DNA of 64,000 nucleotides from Eukaryota sp. GEM-RC1 (Eukaryota): NCBI GenBank assembly GCA_040285855.1, contig JAUFOQ010000004.1, positions 2,294,001 to 2,358,000 of the forward strand, read 5' to 3'. Shown piece by piece: positions 1 to 10,100 of this stretch (position 1 is its first letter; each line of letters starts with the position of its first letter). The notes under the pieces were generated by a model. It saw only the letters and a program-made list of their open reading frames with translations, ran no database searches and was not told where the DNA came from. The position numbers and the translations under genes were made by a program.

Positions 1-117
1 GGTCGAGTGCACTTGAATTTTGGAAACGTGACGTACTACAATACCATCATTACGATGAATATAACGGGAAGCAGGAATCATGGACTTTTTCAATTCTATT
101 TTTACTCCTAATTCCTC

Positions 118-493
118 ATGCAAGACGAACTTCGCTCTTCTGAAGAAACTGCCTTTGTCCAAGATGAAGTCAAAAGCATAGTACAAGAATCTTGCGAATC
201 CATACTATCAAAAGCAACTTACTCTGCTGACAAAGTTCCCCAATACACCAATGAACTCATTGAAAGCATTCTGAAACGTCTCACAGCTCTCCAAAAACCT
301 TTCAAGTACATCGTCTCCTGTATCTTCACACAAAAGACTGGCGCCGGCTTTCATACAGCTAGTTCTGCTTTCTGGGATTCCACGACTGATGGTACACACT
401 CCCCCTCCTATTCTCACTCTAGGATCAGCTATAGTTCAATACGAGAACAACCATCTACGAGTAGTTGTAACTGTTTTCGGCCTAGCCATATAA
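118..493 (+). CDS. DYNLT1: Dynein light chain Tctex-1 family (DYNLT1/3-like), 2 exons 118-391 and 423-493, 114 aa
   Basis: The KPFKYIVSCIFTQKTGAGFHTASSAFWDSTTDG motif is typical of Tctex-1. Removing GT..AG intron 392-422 gives the expected C-terminus DGSAIVQYENNHLRVVVTVFGLAI* (TAA 491-493) in place of the unrelated tail in the ORF track. Confidence 0.93.
392..422 (+). other. 31-nt spliceosomal intron in Tctex-1 gene
   Basis: GTACACACTCCCCCTCCTATTCTCACTCTAG; removal restores the conserved reading frame (G|GA = Gly). Confidence 0.9.
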
Positions 494-552
494 TTCCATC
501 TCTTATTGTAGAATATCTTGTGCAGAAAAATGCTATATTTATAACTAATAAA

Positions 553-2157
553 CTAAAACTTTCTACTTCTTCGAACGTTGGAATTAATAGAACCAGATTC
601 CCCAGAATAATTTGACTTGGATCCTCTAGTCTTTCTCTTTCCAGACTCATTCTTCTTCTTGGCGGAATCATACTTACCACGATACTTAACTCTAGCGTTT
701 CCACTTGCCTTCGAGTGATGAGCTGTCAGACCCTTGTTCTTATTGATATTCCACGTGGTCTTTCGCTTTCCTGAAGCATCTTGATCCATTTTGGGAACGT
801 CAGCAGATCGTTTGGGAGCCATATCATCCTCGATATCTGATATTTCTGATTGTTCTTCATCTGGAAGGACTTCGTCATCAGAGAAACCACCAAATCTATC
901 AGGGTCGCCTTCTGAGGGTCGTGATTGCTTGACTGGCACGCCATGATTGATTGGTAAATCAGCATCACCACTAAGCACTTTCTTTCTGTTCTTCGATGCA
1001 CCAATGATTGAGCTAAACTGACGTTTCCTATTCTCACCCCCATCAATCAAATCACTTTCCTGATCCAACAAATCCATCAAATCATCAGAATACTTGCCTA
1101 TAGACGTCAACTCATCCATCATTCCCTTCTTCTTTCCCTTCTTAGCCTTCTTTCCTTCAACTCTAACCATACGATCCTCCTCCAACTGCTCATGTTCCAT
1201 CATTTGTTCCATGTCGTTCATCTCAGCATTAGCTACTCCGATTCTCTCTGGAGCGTCAGTGAATTCAGAAGCTAAGTCTTGGAAAAGCCTTGACTTTTTG
1301 AGTCTATTTGAATGAGCTTCTTCTAAGTGAGCTTGTTTGTCATCGTCCATGAGCTCCATTCCAGAGACACGTGGCGGTCTGTAGACTTCTGAAGACTGTT
1401 CATCATCTTCCTCTTCGTCTGATTCGTCTTCATCGTCACTAAACTCAATCATTGCTTCAATATTAGGACGGAGATCATCTTGAGGCAAGTCTGCCTTATC
1501 AGCAGCTGATAGAATACGAGTGATGACGTGACGAACACGTGATTCCACGTCAGCAACACGTTCAAGATATAGTCGTAGAGTGATCAACTGCTTAATGACG
1601 GGATGGTTTTTGACTGACTTTTTGCGAATTTTCATTAGAATATAAAAGGTGCAATTCATACAATAATTCAAAAGGAGGTGATATTTGGTTGTCAATAGAG
1701 ATATTCCCTGTTCCAGTTCTTCTCCATCAGTGGATTTAGAGTCAAACAAAGGATCTGATCGGACAGACTTAGCCTCGGTGATGAGTTCAGCGACACGTAG
1801 GCGAGTCTCTGTGAGATGGTTTTTAAGAGCGGTTAACACTTTGGGAAGTTCAGCAGCGTCTTGTTCTAGAAGTTTACTGCTTGGAGTAGATGATGTGGAT
1901 TCAACTATGGGGGTGGATTCATCAGAGATTGGTTTTGACACTGAAGCTGAGGTTTTACGTTTGGTAAGGAGAAAAGGAACAAAGTCTTCCTCATCAAGAT
2001 CATCCATGGTTTTTTGTTTGATTTGAGCGGCTTCACGTGCTTCTATCAGGCCAGGATCTTCGTCAGAAGAGTCAACAGCTACATCAACATCGCCTTCATA
2101 ATAAAGAGATTTTTTCTTACCCCAGTCATCGCGAGTTTTAGCCTGAGCTTTAGCCAT
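553..2157 (-). CDS. UTP3: Sas10/Utp3 small-subunit processome component
   Basis: Central Sas10/Utp3/C1D-like segment (GISLLTTKYHLLLNYCMNCTFYILMK...VKNHPVIKQL), acidic tracts, and C-terminal Sas10 domain (KRKTTWNINKNKGLT...NARVKYRGKY...YSGESGSINSNVRRSRKF). Ends in TAG. Confidence 0.9.
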   Translation of the reverse strand: MAKAQAKTRDDWGKKKSLYYEGDVDVAVDSSDEDPGLIEAREAAQIKQKTMDDLDEEDFVPFLLTKRKTSASVSKPISDESTPIVESTSSTPSSKLLEQDAAELPKVLTALKNHLTETRLRVAELITEAKSVRSDPLFDSKSTDGEELEQGISLLTTKYHLLLNYCMNCTFYILMKIRKKSVKNHPVIKQLITLRLYLERVADVESRVRHVITRILSAADKADLPQDDLRPNIEAMIEFSDDEDESDEEEDDEQSSEVYRPPRVSGMELMDDDKQAHLEEAHSNRLKKSRLFQDLASEFTDAPERIGVANAEMNDMEQMMEHEQLEEDRMVRVEGKKAKKGKKKGMMDELTSIGKYSDDLMDLLDQESDLIDGGENRKRQFSSIIGASKNRKKVLSGDADLPINHGVPVKQSRPSEGDPDRFGGFSDDEVLPDEEQSEISDIEDDMAPKRSADVPKMDQDASGKRKTTWNINKNKGLTAHHSKASGNARVKYRGKYDSAKKKNESGKRKTRGSKSNYSGESGSINSNVRRSRKF

Positions 2158-2221
2158 GTGAGGAGGGATTTTAAAGGGGTGGATGTGGGGACTAGGATGA
2201 TTTGTTGAGAATTGGATTCTA

Positions 2222-2491
2222 ATGGATTCTGTTGCAGATTCGCTTCTTAATGCTTCTGTGTTTGAGATCGTCTTAGAGATACTAGCTGATGACTCTGACC
2301 ATCTTTATCGTTTTGTTGGTTTTGACCACAGAGACTTCCAATCTTCAGCACCTCTTGATGCCATGACATTGATTCCTTGCTCCTTATGTTCTCGTCCTGT
2401 TGCAACTTCTCGCTTTGCTGCACATCTGGAACGCTGCATGGGAATTGGAGGCCGAAGACGAACACGTCCTACTCGATCAACCATTGTTTAA
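2222..2491 (+). CDS. SGF11: SAGA deubiquitination-module subunit Sgf11 (zinc finger), minimal 89 aa
   Basis: CSLCSRPVATSRFAAHLERCMGIG matches the Sgf11 zinc-finger consensus CxxCxRxxxxxRFAxHLExCMGxG, followed by a basic tail. Confidence 0.85.
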   Translation: MDSVADSLLNASVFEIVLEILADDSDHLYRFVGFDHRDFQSSAPLDAMTLIPCSLCSRPVATSRFAAHLERCMGIGGRRRTRPTRSTIV

Positions 2492-2974
2492 TTTTCTCGA
2501 GTTTCTCTCCATCTCTTTGCTTGTGATATCCACAGTTGTGTTATGCTCTTAATAAGGAATTGAATCTGATGAAAACAAGTATTGGATTGACTTTTTTTAA
2601 AACAGAATCCGTACGTTGATTCAGTTATAGATGTTTGGAACGTTATACAATCAATATGCCTTGATATGTATTCATGTCAAGGTTTTGAGAATTCTCTTTT
2701 TGTTTTTTATACTTTAAGTTTACTATATTCCTTCTCTTTTAGTGATCATCCTTCTTATCAATCTTGGTTGAATTTTGTTAGTACACAAACCAAATTTGTA
2801 CTACATTATAAACATCTTTTGTAATTCAATTGAAATAGTCCGGTGGTACTTACTTCTTTAGTCGAATTCATTAACCAAACAAGTCAGTATTGATGTCAGC
2901 AGTCTGGCAGCAAAGACTGGACCAACACAAATGATTTGAATCGGAATTCACATCTCACTCTGCTGAAGTTCTCA

Positions 2975-4321
2975 ATGCTTCCCTTTCCAGTAGAGCCCAC
3001 CGATTCCTTATTTGCCATAACGTTCTTTATTGCAGTTTATGGTCTTATCTTATCTAAAGGTTCCCAGATCTTAGCAAATGGAACAGAAAAACTTACACTT
3101 GTTCTGCCTCCTGCGTTTGTTGGTGGGTTCCTGGTACCAGTTTTAGGTGCTCTACCCGACATAGCCATCATTGTCTTCACCTTAATTGATCTAGACGCTT
3201 CTGATGTTCGCAAGGAAGGCAGTATAGCCATGGGTCTTATCGCTGGCTCTTCCTCAATGCTACTCATCCTCGCCTTCTCACTAACAATCTTTCTTGGCCG
3301 ATGTGACTTCCAACATGACTTTCTAACAGGAAGGAAAACCACAGTTGACAATGAGTGCAACTCTCTGTCCTGGAGATCTCTCCTATCCCAAGGTATCGAA
3401 CTCAACAAAGAGGTCTCAGTCTCTGCTAAATGGCTTCTCCTCTCCTCCCTTGCTTATCCCTTCATCGCCATATCCACCTGGATCTACTCCCACCAAAACG
3501 TTCCCGAAGAAGAGATATTTGACTCAACCAAGTGGTATATTGTTGCCACCACCGCCTTTGTATCTATCTTGTTCTTCATTTACCTCTTTATATGTGCCTT
3601 CTCTAAGCAAACTACTAAGTTTTCGCTTTCTCTTAAAGAACGTCTTTTAGTATCCAAAGTCATTTCGAAACTCCAACCCTCAATCAAAACTGTCCGTGAG
3701 CCCTTCAGTGAACGAGAAAGGCTCAACACTTCTGATGTTGCCCTTGAGATTGGTCAAAAGTGGAGAGAACGAGTTCAAAAGAAGAAGAATGTTGTGTTTG
3801 GTAGTGTTACTAACGATCAATGTTCAATTACCATTAGTAGATGCAAGACGTTCTCTCTAGGCTTTGGTGGGATCCTTGCTGGAGTTTCGATTGTTATATT
3901 GTTTTCTGACGTTATGGTGGAATGTATGGGCAACTTTGCTGCTTACTTTGATATTTCACCCTTCTTTGTTAGTTTCTGTGTCGGTCCTCTAGCAGCTAAT
4001 ATATCTGAAGTAATCATGACTGCGGTGTTCGCCTCACAGAAGACTAAAAACTCTATTTCTTTGGGGGTGAGCTCTTTGTTGGGTGCTGGCGTCATCACAA
4101 ACACGTTGGTGTTTGGGTGTCTACTAGTGTTGTTGTACTTTAAGAAGGTTGCCTTTATTTTCTATTCTGAAACAATAATTGTTTTTTCTGTACAAATTGT
4201 CATTAGTTGCATTGTGCTCTCGCTAAGACTTTTCAACCTTTCATTAGGAATTTTATTGATATGGTTGTATCCTCTATGTTTGGGATTATTCTATGTTCTT
4301 CATTACATGTACAAAATTTAA
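2975..4321 (+). CDS. CaCA-superfamily cation/Ca2+ exchanger, NCL/EF-CAX-like
   Basis: About 10 hydrophobic helices in two halves. Alpha-1-like GGFLVPVLGALPD...MGLIAGSSSMLL...GRCD and alpha-2-like FFVSFCVGPLAANISE...FASQKTKNSISL...LLGAGVITNTL resemble plant NCL. First ATG is at 2975 (the ORF track starts at an upstream TTG). Confidence 0.8.
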   Translation: MLPFPVEPTDSLFAITFFIAVYGLILSKGSQILANGTEKLTLVLPPAFVGGFLVPVLGALPDIAIIVFTLIDLDASDVRKEGSIAMGLIAGSSSMLLILAFSLTIFLGRCDFQHDFLTGRKTTVDNECNSLSWRSLLSQGIELNKEVSVSAKWLLLSSLAYPFIAISTWIYSHQNVPEEEIFDSTKWYIVATTAFVSILFFIYLFICAFSKQTTKFSLSLKERLLVSKVISKLQPSIKTVREPFSERERLNTSDVALEIGQKWRERVQKKKNVVFGSVTNDQCSITISRCKTFSLGFGGILAGVSIVILFSDVMVECMGNFAAYFDISPFFVSFCVGPLAANISEVIMTAVFASQKTKNSISLGVSSLLGAGVITNTLVFGCLLVLLYFKKVAFIFYSETIIVFSVQIVISCIVLSLRLFNLSLGILLIWLYPLCLGLFYVLHYMYKI

Positions 4322-4364
4322 AAATTTAATATACACATAGATTATTCATTCGTGAAATAAATTA

Positions 4365-5351
4365 TTAACACAATGAGTGAAACTTCTGATAGAAAACTTG
4401 AACTGTTTCGGATGGATCTAAAGAAAAGTTTTGTAGAGCAACAAGACTTTTCAGCAAACGTCATCTTTGATGATGACGTGACAGCCGGAGTGTGTTGCTT
4501 CTTTTCCTTCTTAACAAACTTCCTCTTTGGGGTCGACGGCTTTGCTGGGACAACTTCTTTTGACGGATCTTTCTGAGTTTTTTGAGGCTTAGTCAAATCT
4601 AGATTGAGTGTAGATTTGAGATAGTTCTTTGTATGAACCAACATGCACTGTATGGAGGGGGCTGGTTTCTGACCAATGATTTCCTCTATTTTATCTATAG
4701 GTTCCCAAACAAAGCCACCAATTTCCCCTTCGGTTTCTGCAGTAAACACCTGAGTCATTGGTAGGCCAATTCCAACAAAACCATGATGAATAGTTCCTTT
4801 TTTTTCATGATGTTTCATGTAGCGTTCATAGGAGAGGTATGGGGCAGCATTTATAGACATTTCTTCCTGGCATTCACGGATAGCACACACTAAAGGATCT
4901 TCGTTTTCATTGATTTTTCCTCCAGGTAGATCAACGGACTTGGACTTTTGAGTTCTAACAGTGAGAAAGTGTGTTTGTTCGTCGTTGATAAAGACAACCT
5001 TCACTCTAGACACACGACCTTGATACTGTCCCCAAACATCCTTGGCTTCTTCCCAATCCGAGATGACAGCTTGTACTGTAGGCGAGTACTTCTGAACTGG
5101 AATAAGATATAGAAGATTTGCAAACTTTCTTCGGCAAAGGGCCAGAACTTATAACGGGGAAGATTGGGGAACGCTTTAAGTTTGTTATCAAGGTAGTCCC
5201 AATGCGCTATCTGTAGGTTCTTTAAGAGAGGAAGGATGGAAGTAACTGTATCATCCTCAAGATTGTCAATACAAGAAACAGCAAGGTCTTCAAGAACCTC
5301 TTTAAGTTTTGCTGTATCACGTGGTTGTTTTGAAGATTTTTTGGGAGGCAT
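4365..5351 (-). CDS. DCP2: mRNA decapping enzyme Dcp2 (Box A + Nudix), 2 exons; probable extra base near 4448-4451
   Basis: Box A VLEDLAVSCI...LQIAHWDYLD and Nudix box PGGKINENEDPLVCAIRECQEE. Intron 5097-5125 joins them in frame (FAEEIQKYSPTVQAVISDWEEAKDVWGQYQGRV). ATG at 5351. A +1 shift at the A run gives the tail LVALQNFSLDPSETVQVFYQKFHSLC* (stop 4365-4367); unshifted, the ORF ends at 4342. Confidence 0.85.
5097..5125 (-). other. 29-nt spliceosomal intron in Dcp2 gene
   Basis: Minus strand GTTTGCAAATCTTCTATATCTTATTCCAG; removal fuses ORFs 5001..5417 and 4342..5013 with Box A-to-Nudix spacing like other Dcp2 proteins. Confidence 0.88.
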
Positions 5352-5573
5352 TAGTGTGCTTAATGGGAGCAGAAATTTTAATTTCGAAAATCGATTTTGG
5401 AATATATCGATAGTCAATCCACTTATAATATAACGATTTGGTTCAGTTGGTGAATCATCATGTCATTACTGGAAGATATGAGATGAACAATTGCCTGGAG
5501 TCAATATATACAGGGATGTTACGACGCTAGATCGTTGCCTAAAGAAATGCTCACCCCCTGACTTAGTTGTCTC

Positions 5574-6460
5574 TTGAAAAGCACAATTTTTAATTGTCGT
5601 TATTTTATTCATCTACGTGCAGTAATTCATGATGGTGTCCATGATTCTTGTTATTCCATGTTTAAAGCACATGGTTTTCACTCTAAAGCTGAACCAGTTT
5701 TGAATCATCTTTCAGAAAATGAATTTACTGACCAAAAAAGAGGGGATCTCCATACTCCGTGGCTTAAATAGAGTCAATCATTAATGGATTTTACTACAGT
5801 ACATGTTTTTTTTATAACGTACATTTATTCGAAAATAAAAAAGATGATCTAATACTCAATGTTATCAAAACAAGATTCCTTCGAATCGAACCTTGTTGAA
5901 GCTTTGTCTTCATAAAACACACTTAGGGATAACAAAGCTTTTGAAATCATTGTGGGAACTGCCTTTAGAATCGTAAATGTAGATGTTTGTAACAAATCTT
6001 GTGTTAGTAGGATATTAGATTCTTCTTTTAATCCGTTAACAGCTGCTGAGAAGCTCCAACACTCCAAGTATGACTCTCAAGTAGAAGAATTAAATAGAAA
6101 CTCATATTCCAAATTTGTGTTTCAACCTTTTGCTGTTTCCCTTTTTGGATCTATTAGTCCTGCTGGTGATCAATTTTTCAAGGATTTCGAAGATTTGTGT
6201 AAATAAAAGAAGCGTAAGTTTAGAATGGCTGAATGGAAAAACCGTATAGTGTTTTCCATATATCGGAATATGCCTTTCTATTTCTCTAGATTAATTGAGA
6301 AATTGTACAAGTTTGGTGTGAAGGTTAATGTTGATAAACGGAATCTTTTACCGGGTGGTGATGAAGTGGTTTGGATTTAATCTTAGTATTATTTGTTTGA
6401 TTTTACAATTTCATAGTTATGGATGAAGGCTACCTTATTGGGTGCCGAATAAAGATTTGT
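5574..6460 (+). mobile_element. Degenerate 3' portion of an RLE-type (CRE/R2-like) non-LTR retrotransposon, interrupted by an insertion
   Basis: Restriction-like endonuclease motifs in order: HDGVHD..EP..RGDL..MDFTTV(D)V..AAEKLQHSKY..FQPFAVSLFG..NRIVFSIYR. In-frame stops are present; the 3' UTR ends ...GGGTGCCGAATAAAG. Confidence 0.75.
5809..5978 (-). mobile_element. 5'-truncated 3' end of a second non-LTR family ('family A') inserted antisense, with poly(A) and ~10-bp TSD
   Basis: Minus strand encodes FTILKAVPTMISKALLSLSVFYEDK...CFDNIEY*, then AATAAA and an A-tail. Flanked by GTACATGTTT (5799-5808) and GTAGATGTTT (5979-5988). Excision restores host frame LMDFTTVDVCNKS. Confidence 0.75.
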
Positions 6461-6731
6461 TGACATATAGTGTTTAGTTGCCAAAAACGTCGACTGCACA
6501 AAAGAAATCTGTCTTACAGAGCAGTATTATCCAGTATTTAAGGGGTTCATATAACCTAGTCCTTCTCTGAAGGTGTTTGTAGTTTCAAGATATTATGAAG
6601 GAGGTGATGTGACTTTCTTGTCCTATGTTTTCATCATCGTGAGTGTGTGTTTATAGTTGTGATGCTATATAACGGTTTATACGATACTTTAATGTCAACG
6701 AGATGTGTGCAGATCCACTCCATCAAAGAAC

Positions 6732-7058
6732 TTAACAGTTTGCCTCCATCCTCCAAGAGTTAGAGCTTATGGTTCTTACAGTACATCTGCAGTCATCACA
6801 AGAGCCACCATCAGCACCAAAGTGAACGGTAACATAATTTGAACCGGACTTATAAACAAAACGAGATCTGGAACCAGAAGAAGCTATTCTAACAGTCTGT
6901 TGAGCAGGAATCGTATGAGGGAGCAATTGTTCCCAAAAGCCAATAGTCCACGAAGAAACATGGGTTAATTCTCGTCCATGAGGAGAAACATTGACAAATT
7001 GGACTTGATACAGAGATAGCGCGCCAATAATCAGCAAAGACAAAATGGTCAATCGCAT
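6732..7058 (-). CDS. Small secreted beta-rich protein (108 aa), possibly aegerolysin/Cry34-like fold
   Basis: Hydrophobic signal peptide MRLTILSLLIIGALS, 4 Cys near the C-terminus. The pattern V-N-x-S...L...G-x-W...P-x-T-I-P is reminiscent of aegerolysin/ET79-type proteins (inference only). Confidence 0.6.
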   Translation of the reverse strand: MRLTILSLLIIGALSLYQVQFVNVSPHGRELTHVSSWTIGFWEQLLPHTIPAQQTVRIASSGSRSRFVYKSGSNYVTVHFGADGGSCDDCRCTVRTISSNSWRMEANC

Positions 7059-7091
7059 TTAATTAAGAAAGGAGGAAAATGTTGTTCGTCA

Positions 7092-7182
7092 TGTTAGCCT
7101 TTGTCAAGGAAGCAAGAAAAGATTTATAACAAGAATACACAATACTATTGACTACATGCCACGTCACTCTACGGTGTCAACA
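7092..7182 (-). repeat. 3' LTR (91 bp)
   Basis: Identical to 11234-11324; immediately follows the ORF stop codon/PPT. Confidence 0.95.
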
Positions 7183-10100
7183 CTACCCTTTCTTCTTTCG
7201 TGTGCAAGGAGGTATCTTAATTTTCTTGGACTTACAGTACTTCAAAAGTTCTTCATTAGTACGAGTGTTCTTTAGTGATGAGAGTGGTTCCCAGTTCTTA
7301 ACACCAGATGTAAACTCAACCAGGAACTCATACTGATCATCAATGATGTTATGATCCAGAATTTTTGCAACGACATATTCAGAAACGTCTTTGGCAGCTG
7401 CAGCAGTTGCTTCCTCTATAGAGTTCGACTTATAAGATCCAAGGGCAAAGGAAGAAACAACAAATTCTTGATTAGTGATGAGGCTTTTTATGAGGTACTT
7501 GGAGTTGCTCATTCTTTCTTTGATGATAAATGGGCCAAGGTGTTTTTGTAGTTTGTTGTCAGCGGCATTGATTCGTAGAACTAGATCATTTTCTTTGAAA
7601 GATGGAGAGGATGCATTCTTAATGCGTTTTTCTTGATGTTTCTTCGCTTCTTCTTCCAATCTCTGGAGGGAATCGTTCAAGTCGCATCTAAACAAATAGG
7701 ACTGTGCAAAAGAACAGAGATTGAGTCGTTGTGAGAGTAAAAGACGTCAAGAACGGACCGCTGAAGTCCATTTGATCCAAAAAGTAAGGTGTATGGAGAA
7801 AATGATGTTGTAGAGCAAGGTTTTGAGTTGATGAGGATTTGGATGAGAGGAATGTACTGACTCCAATTTCGGTCATTTGTGGTCATGCAAAGCTTTCTTG
7901 TCAGTGATACTACTTCACGATTTCCAGCTTCGACCAAGCCATTACTTTGGTGATGATCGGGAATAGAAAAACTCTGTTTTACATTTAACTTCGACAAAAT
8001 AGATGTCCACACCCTATTGGTGAATTCTCGTCCGTTATCGGAATGAATTGCTTTTGGTACACCAAAAACTGAAAACACCTTTTCAAAGAGTTGTAAAGCT
8101 ACAGCTTCTGCTGTCTTGTGCTTCAAAGAGCAAAGTACTGTAAAGCGGGTAAAGCTATCAACAGCAACAAGAAGGTAGGTATTTCCGTCATTATCAGTTG
8201 GAAACTGTATGAGGTCCAAATGTAAAGAAGCAAAAGGTTTGTGAGAGAAAAGTGCACCAGAAGATTGAGGAGATTCAATGGATATAGGTTTTGTTTTTTG
8301 GCATACATCACAAACAGCAATGTAGTCTTGAACATCGTCAACCAGAGAATCCCAGTGAAAACAATGTTTTTTCAGATAACTGATGGTGTCCTTTGTAGTT
8401 GGGTGTCCAGTAAACAAGGAGTAATGCACCAAATGGATCAAAGGCTTTCTAAGATGTAGGGGTACTGGTGCTGTCTGGTCTCGGTGAACTAAGTAGTTCT
8501 CCAGCGTTTCATCATTTTCTATCTGATTGATCACATCAGAATCTTTTGGTGAAATGACACGAGACAACATATCCGCCCAACAATTAGTGATTCCAGAAAC
8601 GTGTGTGATGGTAAATTGGTATTCGGAGATTGCTATCTCCCAACGTTTCAACATCGGATTCTTCAACGCTTCCGTTCGTAAGTAAGTGAGGTTACGGTGA
8701 TCAGTGTACAGGTAAAAGTGGATGGACAGCAAGAATGTCGAGAGGGAAGCTTGTGTAATTGTCCTTACTAAGGCAAACAATTCTTTCTCAATTGTACTCC
8801 ATTTTCTTTGGGCATCGGTAAGGGTCAACGAGTAAAAGCTCAAAGGTTTTAACTTCCGTTGGTCAAAAGGTTTGTTTGGGTGAAATGGTGGAGACTCAGC
8901 AAATACAATTCCACCAATTGCCTTATCAGAAGCATCTGCCATAACAATGATATTTTGATTCCTATCAGGTAGAACGAGAGGAGGGCAACGAGCGATCATG
9001 TCTTTAATGTGAACGAAATTGGTTTGGCAGTCCTGTGTCCATTGGAATGTACAGTTTTTCTTCAACAAGTGTGATAAGGGTTGAGTAAATTTTGCAAGAT
9101 CAGGAATAAAATCTCTGATCCAGTTGACAGAGCCCATAAAGGACCGCAATTGTTTCTGGTTTTGAGGGGGTGGTGGTTGGACCAAAGATTGAATTCTTTC
9201 AGGACAGACTTTGCGGAGACCTTTTTCATAAATTGTTCCCATTCTCTTGATGGGAGTTTCGCTTGTTTGGATTTTCGTTTTGTGGGCTGCAAACCTTACA
9301 CGGTAAGTCTGAGCTTGTGAAAGAACGGATTTGATACGTGCAACGAAGTCCTCAAAATCATCAGCGATTACAATAAGATCGTCAATGTACACGAATGTGT
9401 GATCAGAACCAAAAATCTGATCCATTATGCCTTGAAAATAGGCAGGCAAATTGCGGAGACCAAATGGAGATCGAATATAACGAATAGCTTTGCCTGGAAT
9501 TGCGATGATTGTTTTGTCTCTGTCTTGGGGTGCGACATGAGTTTGATGGTAAGCTCTTGGAAGATCAAAGCATGCGATATATTTTGCTTTACATAGTAGC
9601 TCTGAGATTTCAGATAGGGAAGGAAGTACTGTAGTTTGGGAAACAGATAAAGAGTTGATTTTGGTGTAATCGCCTGCCAGGCGTGGTTTCTTAGAAGAGT
9701 ATTCAATGAGTACGATGGGGGACTGGAAATTCATGTGTTCTTCCACATATTCAGCAAAACCTTTATCCACAAGCTCTTGGAAAAGATCTTCTGCCAGTTT
9801 TTGTTTGCGAGGAGTCAGGTACCTGGGCTTCTGGTAAGAAACTTTTGTTTCGTCTTTAAGTGGGATCGAAAAGGGTTCGCACTTAATTCCCTCTTTCGGG
9901 AAAATGGGAGAAAACACATCATCAAAATCTTTGAGAGTGTCACGAATGGTGGCTTTTTCTGAGTCATTCAAAGTAGAGAGGTCGATTTTGTTTGATTCTA
10001 GAATATGACTGATATTATCAGAGGTCTGTTTAGAATTTAAGGGAGGTTCGACTGGAAAGGTAGGTAAAAGATCATCTGTGAGACTTGGTTTGATTAGTTG

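Noticed and set aside
423..615. C-terminal extension of the 165-aa ORF 118..615 overlapping UTP3
   Set aside because: An artefact of reading through the 31-nt intron; the spliced protein stops at 493.
2590..2824. Open frame (NPYVDSVIDVWNVIQSICLD...HYKHLL*) between SGF11 and the exchanger
   Set aside because: No supportable start, intron or recognisable motif; may be a gene remnant but cannot be called.
7677..7715. Programmed frameshift making the chromodomain optional
   Set aside because: The break is at a short T run within integrase, before its C-terminal region, and looks like the other homopolymer errors. It cannot be supported without accurate reads.
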